This document shows, in pieces, positions 50,373 to 58,917 of a stretch of DNA of 64,000 nt. This stretch comes from Candidatus Poribacteria bacterium. Lineage in GTDB: Bacteria; Poribacteria; WGA-4E; PCPOR2b. The translations under genes were made by a program, and so were the position numbers. Location of the stretch: positions 1,248,001 through 1,312,000 of the forward strand of contig OZ240245.1 of NCBI GenBank assembly GCA_965198175.1. The letters run 5' to 3'. The first letter of the stretch is position 1. Every line of letters starts with the position of its first letter. The notes beneath the pieces were generated by a model that searched no databases, had not been told where the DNA came from, and saw only the letters and a list, made by a program, of their open reading frames with translations.

Positions 50373-51036
50373 CCAGATTTTCCTCCTTTCTAAGGTGAAT
50401 CAAATGGGAGGCGGAAGCGTAGGGGGATTGCGTAAAATGTAACAAGGATTCAGAAGCACATCCTTATCTGTCGTTGGGTTTTTGCTTCCAATGTCCCGTG
50501 TATTACAAGAATAACACATAATTCGAGACTGTGCAATATATTAGCAGATTGCACAGAATCGTGCACTTTTGACAGTATGTCAGACGACAGCCGCTGGAAG
50601 AACGCGTTCTCAATTTACCCTAATGAATGCAAGGTGATGACCTCCAACAGGTGTTTTGAACAATTGGTGTACGTGGGTGCCCCGTCCGACCTAACGAGTG
50701 GCAATTTTCCTTCCACCCACGACCAATGCATTCTACTCAGGTAGAAAATTTAATGGGCGAAGTTTTCCTTTTGGTTGTTTTGGCTGCTGATAATATGGGT
50801 GGAGTCGGATTTGATACTCAGATACAGTCATTCCAGTGTAAGCGGCAAAGTTGGGGAATACCTCATATTCACGTAATGATGTATCTAGGGATTGCAGCGA
50901 AGGGCTAGACTGTCTATGGTTGCTTCCAAGGAAAAATCGAAACTGCTACCAAGTTGATGCTGAAAAAGAAATTGGGGAGATTGATGAGAGGCAGGATATG
51001 CTGACTTTCTGATTTAGCTCGATTTCTAAAATAATT

Positions 51037-52263
51037 CTAAAACCATTCTTTCATACGTCTGAAGATTTGTTCAAACAAGTTTCCCTTGATAAAGGTGCGT
51101 TTGGGTTCGATTTGACGTTGCAAGGCTCCGTAAATAACAAGGCCGACACCTGTTGCATAAATCGGACTGTGAATCCTGTCGGTTAATCCTTTTAGCGGGC
51201 GCGGATAACCTATTCTAACCGGGTACGGAAAAATCTGCTCGGCAAGTTCAAGAAGTCCATCAAGAAGCGCGTTTCCTCCTGTAAGCACCACACCGGAAGG
51301 CATGTGGAGCTGGCTCTTGGCAATTTCTTGACCGATTAAATCTAGCATCTCTCCCATACGACATTGGATAATCTCAGTTAAATCCCGTTTAGTAACAAAG
51401 CGAGTTCTCCGTGTTCCGCCGACAGTTGAGATTGGAATAGTATCATCTGAATCAATTATGTCAACACATGCGCAGCCTCGATTGAGCTTGAGCTTCTCTG
51501 CATCCTGATGTGTCATCTTTAACAGTTGAGCAATATCACTGGTCACATGATCTCCACCAAGCGAGAGCACAGCGGTATGATGGGGGGCACCATCCTTATA
51601 AACAACGGTATCTGTCGTTCCGCCTCCCATGTCAGCAAGGACAACGCCAAGATTCTTTTCCTCACTTGATAAGACTGATCCGGCGGAAGCGATTGGCTCC
51701 AGAACGATATTTTCAACGGAGATTCCTGTGTTATAAACGCTTCTGACAAGGTTCTGTGCTGAAGCAACTGCGCCAGTAATGATGTGGACGTAGGCTTCGA
51801 GACGAACACCAGACATCCCCACCGGTTCTTTAATACCATCTTGATTGTCAACGACAAAGCCCTGCGGAATAACGTGAAGTACCTCTCGCTCAACTGGAAT
51901 CGAAATAGCTTGCGCAGCGCTAATCGCTCGATCTACATCAGACTGGGTGATTTCGCGTCCCTCACCTGCAACGGCAACAATCCCATTCTGGGTTTGTCCG
52001 GTGATGTGTCCTCCCGCAATGCCCGCATACACGGATCCAATCTCGACTCCTGCCATTAACTCAGCATTTTGAATTGCTACACGAATCGCTGTGCTGGTGA
52101 GGTCAATATCAACGACAACCCCTTTACGTAATCCGTTGGAGGGAGCCGTTCCAACACCAATAATCTCAATTTTTTCCGGATCGCCCTGCCAGGTATTTCC
52201 AATAATTGCAGCGATTTTGCTGGTCCCGATGTCTAGTCCGACGACGATGTCTTCTCTATCCAT
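51037..52263 (-). CDS. ftsA: Cell division protein FtsA
   Basis: GLDIGTSK, GLRKGVVVDI, PVGMSGVRLE, DMGGGTT, GGDHVTSDI, VVLTGG, YATGVGL. Confidence 0.97.
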   Translation of the reverse strand: MDREDIVVGLDIGTSKIAAIIGNTWQGDPEKIEIIGVGTAPSNGLRKGVVVDIDLTSTAIRVAIQNAELMAGVEIGSVYAGIAGGHITGQTQNGIVAVAGEGREITQSDVDRAISAAQAISIPVEREVLHVIPQGFVVDNQDGIKEPVGMSGVRLEAYVHIITGAVASAQNLVRSVYNTGISVENIVLEPIASAGSVLSSEEKNLGVVLADMGGGTTDTVVYKDGAPHHTAVLSLGGDHVTSDIAQLLKMTHQDAEKLKLNRGCACVDIIDSDDTIPISTVGGTRRTRFVTKRDLTEIIQCRMGEMLDLIGQEIAKSQLHMPSGVVLTGGNALLDGLLELAEQIFPYPVRIGYPRPLKGLTDRIHSPIYATGVGLVIYGALQRQIEPKRTFIKGNLFEQIFRRMKEWF

Positions 52264-53266
52264 GCTTGCCTCCCCAATAAATTGCATCCTGAAATCTTGC
52301 GTCCAAATAGCCCTTCATACGGTTTCGTTTCTTTTGCTTAACAATAGTTGTTCGATTTTTCAAGAAAAGATCTATATGATAAAGTCCAGTGTTTATGAGA
52401 TCCGATGAGAGCCACACTACAGGCAAGTCATCAAGTTGGAGAATGATTTTTTCAGGCTGATTGGCATTAATTGTACGCAGCTTCGAGGCAATCTCAGGGG
52501 TTAGACTCTGCGCGGAATGCAGCACGCTTAGTGCCAGTTGAATGTCTTCTGAGTGAACCTGACTATCGCGTTCAGGTAATTGTCCTTGTCCATCAGCAAC
52601 AATGGTAACAAATGTATCCGAAGTCTGTGGAGAGTCGATATCTTCTAACACATACCCATCTGGATCTACTTGAAGAAAACGAACTTCATGATTCAGATGG
52701 TATTTTAACCATGCAATCGGCTTTCTTTCAGTAATCTGAACTGTCAAATTTGGTTTCACAACACCACTTTTTGAGACATCTACTTTCTTGACATAGCGTA
52801 GTTTGCGCTTGAGGCGGTTTTCAATCTCTTGTTCAGGAACATTGCTTTGGTTAGGACTCAATTCTAAAGCACCGACGATGTCGATTGCCTCATAGTGCTC
52901 ATTGCCAAGCACAGAGACATCCTTGGCTCTCACATCGAAAAAATCGCGTTCGGAGGTGATAAAATAAATGAATGACAATACAGTAACAAACGTCATTCCG
53001 ATAGCAAACCTCCGTTTAACCTGAAGCCGCGAATCTCCATTTTCAGGGTGCAGCCACACTTTCTGCTGCGTCGGGAGTTGCCTTGATGGCAGGTGTTTGC
53101 CTTCAGCACCGTCGCGGGTTTGCGATTGTAATCTATTTGAAGGGGATCGATTATGCATGAACATGTAAGTAAATGTAAGTATGTAGTGTGGAAATTTGAA
53201 AATCTGGGAACCGGTTATGACATATTGATTTATTCGGTTGACTTCAGGTGTGCTGATAAATCGCAC
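52256..53266 (-). CDS. ftsQ: Cell division protein FtsQ/DivIB (start uncertain, perhaps 53164 or 53158)
   Basis: TM helix, POTRA-like V.GN..., PNLTVQITERKPIA, VD..G.VL, YLDARF; lies between murC and ftsA. Confidence 0.8.
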   Translation of the reverse strand: MRFISTPEVNRINQYVITGSQIFKFPHYILTFTYMFMHNRSPSNRLQSQTRDGAEGKHLPSRQLPTQQKVWLHPENGDSRLQVKRRFAIGMTFVTVLSFIYFITSERDFFDVRAKDVSVLGNEHYEAIDIVGALELSPNQSNVPEQEIENRLKRKLRYVKKVDVSKSGVVKPNLTVQITERKPIAWLKYHLNHEVRFLQVDPDGYVLEDIDSPQTSDTFVTIVADGQGQLPERDSQVHSEDIQLALSVLHSAQSLTPEIASKLRTINANQPEKIILQLDDLPVVWLSSDLINTGLYHIDLFLKNRTTIVKQKKRNRMKGYLDARFQDAIYWGGKHG

Positions 53267-54642
53267 AAGGGGGTTGGCTCCGTCCTTAATTTTGCCAATA
53301 GTTCACGCCCAACACACCAGATGTCCCCGGCGCCAACCGTTATGACAATATCATTGGGACGAACAATCTTCATCAAAGCGCTCGCAATTTCCGCTTTATC
53401 CGGAATATAGATTGCATGACGATGTCCATGCGCCTGAATGGCCTGCGTCAGTTTTTCCGCTGTGACCCCTTCAACTGGAGCTTCCTCCGCTCCATAGATT
53501 GAGGTGACAATTAGCACATCTGTCTCATAAAACGATTTCGAGAACTCCTCTGCAAGATGCTTGACGCGCTGGTAACGATGCGGTTGAAAGACAGCGACGA
53601 TGCGACGATTATAACTCTCGCGAGCAGCGCGAAAAGTAGCTTTTAGCTTAGCCGGATTGTGTGCATAATCATCAACCACGATGATGCCATTAGTTTGACC
53701 GATGACTTCGAAGCGGCGATGCACGCCCTGAAATGATTCTAGAGCGTCTCGGAGCTGATCGAATGGCACTTCCAACTCCATCCCAACGGCGATAGCAGCT
53801 AATGCGTTGGAAATATTGTGCCGCCCCGGCATCTTTAAGTGGACTTCACCTAGAATATCTCCACTCGCTCTTACGCAAAAGTGAGAGGTGGGGCCATCAA
53901 TCCGGATCTGTTCTGCAGTTAGATCTGCACGATTCTCAATGCCATAGGTCACATAGCGTTTTTCAAGTCGGGGAATGAGGCGCTGGATGTTTACTTGGTC
54001 TAAGCACAACACCCCAGTTCCGTAAAACGGCACCTTATTGACAAATTTCAGGAACGTCTCGCCGATTTCTTCAACACTGCTGTAATAATCGAGGTGATCT
54101 GCATCGACTGACGTGACCACAGCGATCGTTGGGAAGAATTTCTCAATGGAACCATAAGCTTCATCTGCTTCAACCACCATAATCTCACCGCGCCCAATCC
54201 GTGCATTGCTCCCTAGGCTAACCAGTTTACCGCCAACGATCACTGTTGGGTCAAGTTTTTCCAACACGGCGGCTGTCATCGCAGTCGTTGTGGTCTTGCC
54301 GTGCGTGCCGCTAATCGCAACACTGGATTTCATCCGCATTATCTCCGCCAGCATTTCTGCGCCGCGAATGACAGGAGTTTTGCGGATTTTCGCAGCAACT
54401 ACCTCGGGGTTCTGGAGTGGGACAGCGGGTGAAACGACAACAACGTCGGCGCCCGAAATCTGCTCAGCCACATGCCCATAATACACTTTTGCACCTAACG
54501 TCACAAGACGCTCAGTGGCTTCCGATTGGCGTAAATCCGATCCAGAAACCCAAAAGTCAAGGCTTAACAAGATTTCTGCTATTCCACTGAGTCCAGCGCC
54601 GCCGATGCCAATAATGTGAATATGGCGTGTTGCTCCAAACAT
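53230..54642 (-). CDS. murC: UDP-N-acetylmuramate--L-alanine ligase
   Basis: IGIGGAGLSG, GTHGKTTTT, VEADE, DHLD, HNISNA, DDYAHNP, FQPHRY, GAGDI. Confidence 0.97.
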   Translation of the reverse strand: MFGATRHIHIIGIGGAGLSGIAEILLSLDFWVSGSDLRQSEATERLVTLGAKVYYGHVAEQISGADVVVVSPAVPLQNPEVVAAKIRKTPVIRGAEMLAEIMRMKSSVAISGTHGKTTTTAMTAAVLEKLDPTVIVGGKLVSLGSNARIGRGEIMVVEADEAYGSIEKFFPTIAVVTSVDADHLDYYSSVEEIGETFLKFVNKVPFYGTGVLCLDQVNIQRLIPRLEKRYVTYGIENRADLTAEQIRIDGPTSHFCVRASGDILGEVHLKMPGRHNISNALAAIAVGMELEVPFDQLRDALESFQGVHRRFEVIGQTNGIIVVDDYAHNPAKLKATFRAARESYNRRIVAVFQPHRYQRVKHLAEEFSKSFYETDVLIVTSIYGAEEAPVEGVTAEKLTQAIQAHGHRHAIYIPDKAEIASALMKIVRPNDIVITVGAGDIWCVGRELLAKLRTEPTPLCDLSAHLKSTE

Positions 54643-54658
54643 AGAGGTGTCTAACTTT

Positions 54659-55759
54659 CTAAGGAATTACGAGAGAATAAATAGATGTTGCAATTTCCTC
54701 ACCTGCTTTCGGATTTCCCAATTGACAGGCAGCGTCTGCTATTCGTTGAAGTTCTGCCGAATCGCTAATGATTTGGATGACCCAATCGGCGATGTCATTT
54801 CCGGTCAACGTTTGCTCATTCAGTACGAACCCTGCGCCCCGGTCTGCAACCGCTTGAGCGTTTAATTTCTGGTGATCGCCGGTAGCAGTTGACAAAGGAA
54901 TGAAAATCGCCGGAATACTGCAAGCTGTGACTTCGGAGATTGTCATTCCGCCAGCCCTGCAAATCATCAAATCTACGATGCTATAAACCGACTCGATCGA
55001 ATCAAAATACGGTTGAATCAAATGCCGTAGTGGCGAACTCTTGTAGCTTTCAGTGACCTCTTGGTAATCTTTTTCTCCGGTCTGATGAATAATCTGCAAC
55101 TGCTGATTGAGCGTCGCCAGATTATCCAGTGCATCTATTACAATCTGGTTAATTGCGTGTGCGCCTTGACTTCCTCCCATCACGAACACAGTCTTCAGAT
55201 TCGCATCTAGTCCAAGCCTTTCATAAGTCGAATTACTACGTTTAACAGTGCCAATCGTTCGACGTATGGGATTACCTGTTACCTTGGCAGCCCTCGCTGG
55301 AAAATAGGTTACAGCCGTTTCAAATGCGAGGTAAACCGATTTTGCCCAACGTCCCAAGATACGATTTGTGAGGCCGGGATACGCATTCTGTTCTTGGACG
55401 ATGATTGGGATACCGAGCAGTAAAGCGGCAAAGAGCACAGGGCCACAAACATAGCCGCCCGTTCCCACCACGAGACTGGGTTTCAACCTTTTGAGAAGCC
55501 ACAGTGAATGTACAAAGCCAGAACACACCTGACCAATAATGGGCAACCACTTCCAGGTCAACTTCCGCGGGAACCCCGCGACGGGGATAGGGAGGAAACG
55601 AAATCCGTGTTGAGGAACGATTGTCGATTCAAGGCGATCCGCCCCTCCAATGAACACGATTTCAATCGTCGGATCAAGAGAGATTAGTTCTTTTGCAATA
55701 CCAATCGCCGGATAAATATGGCCACCTGTCCCTCCGCCTGAAATCGTGATAAGTGGCAT
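54659..55759 (-). CDS. murG: Undecaprenyldiphospho-muramoylpentapeptide beta-N-acetylglucosaminyltransferase
   Basis: GGGTGGHIYP, GTGGYV, EQNAYPG, TGNPIR, GGSQGA, CRAG, HQKLNA. Confidence 0.97.
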   Translation of the reverse strand: MPLITISGGGTGGHIYPAIGIAKELISLDPTIEIVFIGGADRLESTIVPQHGFRFLPIPVAGFPRKLTWKWLPIIGQVCSGFVHSLWLLKRLKPSLVVGTGGYVCGPVLFAALLLGIPIIVQEQNAYPGLTNRILGRWAKSVYLAFETAVTYFPARAAKVTGNPIRRTIGTVKRSNSTYERLGLDANLKTVFVMGGSQGAHAINQIVIDALDNLATLNQQLQIIHQTGEKDYQEVTESYKSSPLRHLIQPYFDSIESVYSIVDLMICRAGGMTISEVTACSIPAIFIPLSTATGDHQKLNAQAVADRGAGFVLNEQTLTGNDIADWVIQIISDSAELQRIADAACQLGNPKAGEEIATSIYSLVIP

Positions 55760-55776
55760 CAGTTTTCCTCTTCCTA

Positions 55777-57051
55777 TCAGTCCCTTCCCTTTCCCAATTT
55801 TCTCATTCCTAATCCTGCATTCCTCCATTTGTTCCACTTCACTTCTTCTTCTTCACCCGTCCATTTTTTCTCCTCGTTTTCCTGCTCCTCTACTTCTTTA
55901 CTCTCTATTCCACGTGAGATATTCAGCAAAATTCCAATACTAATTAGACTGACTAAAAGCGACGAGCCTCCATAGCTGATAAAGGGCAAGGTGAGACCTT
56001 TTGTGGGCATCATACCTGTCACAACCCCGATATTGACAATCGTCTGGACGCCAATGAGAATGGTAATTCCAAACGCAAGTAAACTCGCGAACCTATCTGT
56101 AACATGTAGCGCAATATGGATGCCACGCCAAATAAACAACATGAAGAGAGCAATAACACCAACGCCACCAATGAAACCGAACTCTTCGCCGACAATCGTG
56201 AAGATAAAATCTGTATGCGGATATGGAAGATACCGCAAGTGGATGCTCTTACCAATCCCGTCGCCAAATAAGCTGCCATGCGCTAGCGCACCTAACGACA
56301 GAGAAAGTTGATAATTTGTATCGTCCGGCGATTTCAGAGAATTGATAAAACCAAGAATTCGGTCCATCTTATACGAATCGTGTTGAATCGAGGCGTAAAC
56401 AAAAAAACAGGCGATTCCCGTCAGTAAGATAATCTGCGATGGACGAGCTCCTCCTACGAACAGAAGTGTAACAATCACTAAACCTAACAACACTGCCGAT
56501 CCAAAATCAGGTTGTATGTATAAAAGCAGAAACACGATCGAAAGAATGAGGATGCTCGGCAGCACGCCGTGAATGAGGCTCTTAATTTTGTCACGTTTGC
56601 GGCTGAGAAAATGGGCAACATAGATAACCATAGCTAGCTTGATGAGTTCAACAGGCTGAAATTGAAACTTGCCGATTCGCACCCACCGACTAAATTCCTT
56701 ACCCGTTTCCGAACTAACGTTATGCCCAAGCGGAGAAAAAACGAGCAACAATCCGAGAATGGAAAGAAGAAGAATATGTTTATTGTACCTCTCGTAGAAC
56801 CTGAATGGAATGTATGAAGCTATGAATAAACCAATCAATCCGAGCGCACCGGCGATTAGTTGCGTCTTCAGAAAACGTAAGCTGTCTTGGTTATACGATT
56901 CATAGGCAAGCCTGTTGCTTGAACTGTATACCATTACGAAGCCAATTGCGATCAAGCAAAAAGTGATGAAAAGCAGAAAGTGATCGATTCCTCCCTTAAG
57001 TGGATAAGCGTCTTCCTGATTTGAAAGGAGTTTGACTGATTGCCTATTCAA
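55777..57051 (-). CDS. ftsW: Peptidoglycan glycosyltransferase FtsW
   Basis: MVYSSS, RW, FQPVE..K, QPDFGS, YLPYPHTDFIF, PTKGLTLPFISYGGSS. Confidence 0.96.
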   Translation of the reverse strand: MNRQSVKLLSNQEDAYPLKGGIDHFLLFITFCLIAIGFVMVYSSSNRLAYESYNQDSLRFLKTQLIAGALGLIGLFIASYIPFRFYERYNKHILLLSILGLLLVFSPLGHNVSSETGKEFSRWVRIGKFQFQPVELIKLAMVIYVAHFLSRKRDKIKSLIHGVLPSILILSIVFLLLYIQPDFGSAVLLGLVIVTLLFVGGARPSQIILLTGIACFFVYASIQHDSYKMDRILGFINSLKSPDDTNYQLSLSLGALAHGSLFGDGIGKSIHLRYLPYPHTDFIFTIVGEEFGFIGGVGVIALFMLFIWRGIHIALHVTDRFASLLAFGITILIGVQTIVNIGVVTGMMPTKGLTLPFISYGGSSLLVSLISIGILLNISRGIESKEVEEQENEEKKWTGEEEEVKWNKWRNAGLGMRKLGKGRD

Positions 57052-58414
57052 GTCGATTCACAGCCTCCCGATACGCTTGTCCTCGTTCTTTATAATCTGT
57101 GTACATGTCAAAACTAGCGTTGGCAGGCGAAAAAAGTACAACGTCACCTGGCGCTGCATGCGTGAATGCAATTTTTACAGCTTCGTCCATTGTTGCAACA
57201 TTCCACATAACGACTTGCGAATCAAGTGCGTTTCGGATTAATTGCGTGTGTGAGCCGAGTAAGATTAATCCTTTGACTTTAGACTGAATAGGCTGGATTA
57301 ACGGTGCATAATCATTTCCTTTATCGTATCCACCCATAATCAACAGGATCGGATTTGATAACGATTCAAGCGCAGCCGTGACCGCGGCAACATTTGTCGC
57401 TTTTGAATCGTTGATGAATTGGACACCATTGATTGTATTGACCGTCTCGAAGGCATGTTCGAGCGCGGGATATTCAGCCGGTGAAAACCGGCGAATTGTG
57501 GATCGCATTTGATGCGGTGTAATACCCAAAATCTCCCCAACGGCTACTGCAGCAAGGACATTTCGGAGATTGTGGTTTCCAGCTAGCGGAATGTCTCGTT
57601 TAGTAAGAACACAATGCGACTCACCGTCCCAATATGCAAAAATTTTATCGTTTCGTACATAGGTCCCCAAACCAGCAGGCGAGGAATTTGTCGTAAAGTA
57701 AACGGTTTTAGCCCGTGTCTCCGCAGCAAATGCAGCGATGACAGGGTCTTCCGCATTCAAAACAGTCCAATCCTCCGATGTTTGATGCGCGGAAATCTTC
57801 AGCTTTGCTGCTCGATAGGCTTCCAACGTTCCGTGTTGATCCAAATGATCTCGTGAAAGATTCAAAATCACACTCACCATCGGGTGAAATGTCATTGTAG
57901 TTTCAAGTTGAAAACTACTGGCTTCCACAACGACGAGATCCTCAGACGTTAAATCTTGAACTTCGCTCGACAGAGGAATGCCGATGTTGCCGGCAACACG
58001 CACTTTGCGGAAGTTCCCATCTTTCAGAATCGAGGCGGTAAACACTGTTGTCGTCGACTTGCCTTTTGTTCCTGTGATAGCGACGATTGGCGCAGGACAT
58101 ACGCTCGCGGCGACTTCTAGTTCGCCAACGATTGAAATACCCTTTGAACGGGCTTCCTGCAAGATTGGGATATCCAGCCGCACACCCGGCGAAACAACAA
58201 CCATATCCACCTGATCAATGCAGCGCCGATCGTGTCCGCCGAGGATGAGTTCAATTGACCGATCCTTCAGCGCCTCTACGATTGACCGGAGTTCTTGGAC
58301 TGATTTTTGATCGGTGACCCGCACTTTCGCGCCAAGGTCGTCCAGCAGTTTGGCAACAGCAACGCCGCTGCGTTGCATCCCAAAAACGGCAATCTGTTTC
58401 CCCGAAAAGGTCAT
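57044..58414 (-). CDS. murD: UDP-N-acetylmuramoyl-L-alanine--D-glutamate ligase
   Basis: VVSPG, AITGTKGKSTT, GNIG, EASSFQL, DHLD.H, NDSKATN, GGYDKG, SPANASFD. Confidence 0.97.
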   Translation of the reverse strand: MTFSGKQIAVFGMQRSGVAVAKLLDDLGAKVRVTDQKSVQELRSIVEALKDRSIELILGGHDRRCIDQVDMVVVSPGVRLDIPILQEARSKGISIVGELEVAASVCPAPIVAITGTKGKSTTTVFTASILKDGNFRKVRVAGNIGIPLSSEVQDLTSEDLVVVEASSFQLETTMTFHPMVSVILNLSRDHLDQHGTLEAYRAAKLKISAHQTSEDWTVLNAEDPVIAAFAAETRAKTVYFTTNSSPAGLGTYVRNDKIFAYWDGESHCVLTKRDIPLAGNHNLRNVLAAVAVGEILGITPHQMRSTIRRFSPAEYPALEHAFETVNTINGVQFINDSKATNVAAVTAALESLSNPILLIMGGYDKGNDYAPLIQPIQSKVKGLILLGSHTQLIRNALDSQVVMWNVATMDEAVKIAFTHAAPGDVVLFSPANASFDMYTDYKERGQAYREAVNRLE

Positions 58415-58491
58415 CTCAATTTACATACTATGCGTCGCCCTATGACGTAAAACGGAGGCCGTGAAAAACCGCAAGACAAACAGTTTAATCT

Positions 58492-58521
58492 ATTGTAACA
58501 TGTTAAAAACCCGATTGTCTA
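58492..58521 (-). promoter_or_regulatory. Sigma70-type promoter upstream of murD
   Basis: Minus strand TAGACA-18 bp-TACAAT with TG extended -10. Confidence 0.5.
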
Positions 58522-58917
58522 GTGCTTTTACAGAGCCACTTCCCAACGAAGAAAAAAAACAGCACTTTTTCGACTGATTCGCCAGTCAAATGTTTTGATG
58601 TATCAATGTCGATGATGTGCGATACGGAAGCCGGGTCGCTTATACAACTGCTCGGCGATGCTGCAAGTCACGGCTTTCAGCGTCGAGGCCCTTGTCCCGG
58701 AATAAGCAGGGTGTGTCATCAGCTAGGTCGTCCACCTACACAACAGGATGAAAAAGACAGTCTTCACTCGGTTGCTGTTGAACGTCCGTGCACCATCAAA
58801 GTCATGGTTGTCACACCACTGAGCACGGAGATTAATCCAGAACTTTTCGAAGGTGTTCATAAACTCATTAGGCGTGGTGACTTTCTCCTACATAGTCAAC
58901 TCATCTTCCTTTGATTG

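Noticed and set aside
55777..55905. Acidic/purine-rich C-terminal extension of FtsW
   Set aside because: Low-complexity sequence, probably readthrough into degenerate intergenic repeats; no evidence of function
58522..58914. 130-aa plus-strand ORF between murD and the fusion gene
   Set aside because: No RBS or recognisable motif; the opposite strand shows only a short interrupted frame; cannot be supported
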